From Phycisphaerales bacterium (lineage in GTDB: Bacteria; Planctomycetota; Phycisphaerae; Phycisphaerales; UBA1924), in contig JAESUL010000160.1 of assembly GCA_016763115.1 (NCBI GenBank), positions 1-38,905 of the forward strand: DNA of 38,905 nucleotides. The letters run 5' to 3'. The notes under the pieces were generated by a model. It made no database searches. It was not told where the DNA came from and saw only the letters and a program-made list of their open reading frames with translations. This document shows positions 38,867 through 38,905 of this stretch, in pieces. Position 1 is the first letter of the stretch, and each line of letters opens with the position of its first letter. The translations under genes were made by a program, and so were the position numbers.

Positions 38867-38905
38867 TGTTCGCATTGCTGTTGAAGTTTTATAGTATCTT
38901 CGATA

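Overview
This window looks like a near-complete ~38.9 kb genome of a virulent, podovirus-like tailed phage. It has two convergent arms that meet at a bidirectional terminator near 24.7 kb. The plus arm (about 0.3-24.7 kb) starts with a repeat-rich regulatory region, a 57-aa HTH gene and a tRNA-Trp. It then carries terminase, portal, a GroES-like gene, scaffold and a Mu gpT-like capsid protein. Next come an accessory surface and host-recognition block (Calx-beta/lyase-like, cadherin-like Ig repeats, fibers), an embedded lysis cassette, adaptor and nozzle genes, a second fiber, a GNAT-like gene and three large ejection-type proteins. The minus arm (38.9 down to 24.7 kb) carries small early genes and a T7-type replisome: primase-helicase, a family-A polymerase split into exonuclease and polymerase ORFs, a gp2.5-like SSB, a FEN and endonuclease I. 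It also carries a minimal Rnl2-like ligase next to a metallophosphoesterase, and a class II RNR interrupted by an HNH intein at the catalytic cysteine. No RNA polymerase, integrase or repressor-size gene is visible, and the promoters look like host sigma70 type. All family calls come from motif reading by eye; no searches were run.
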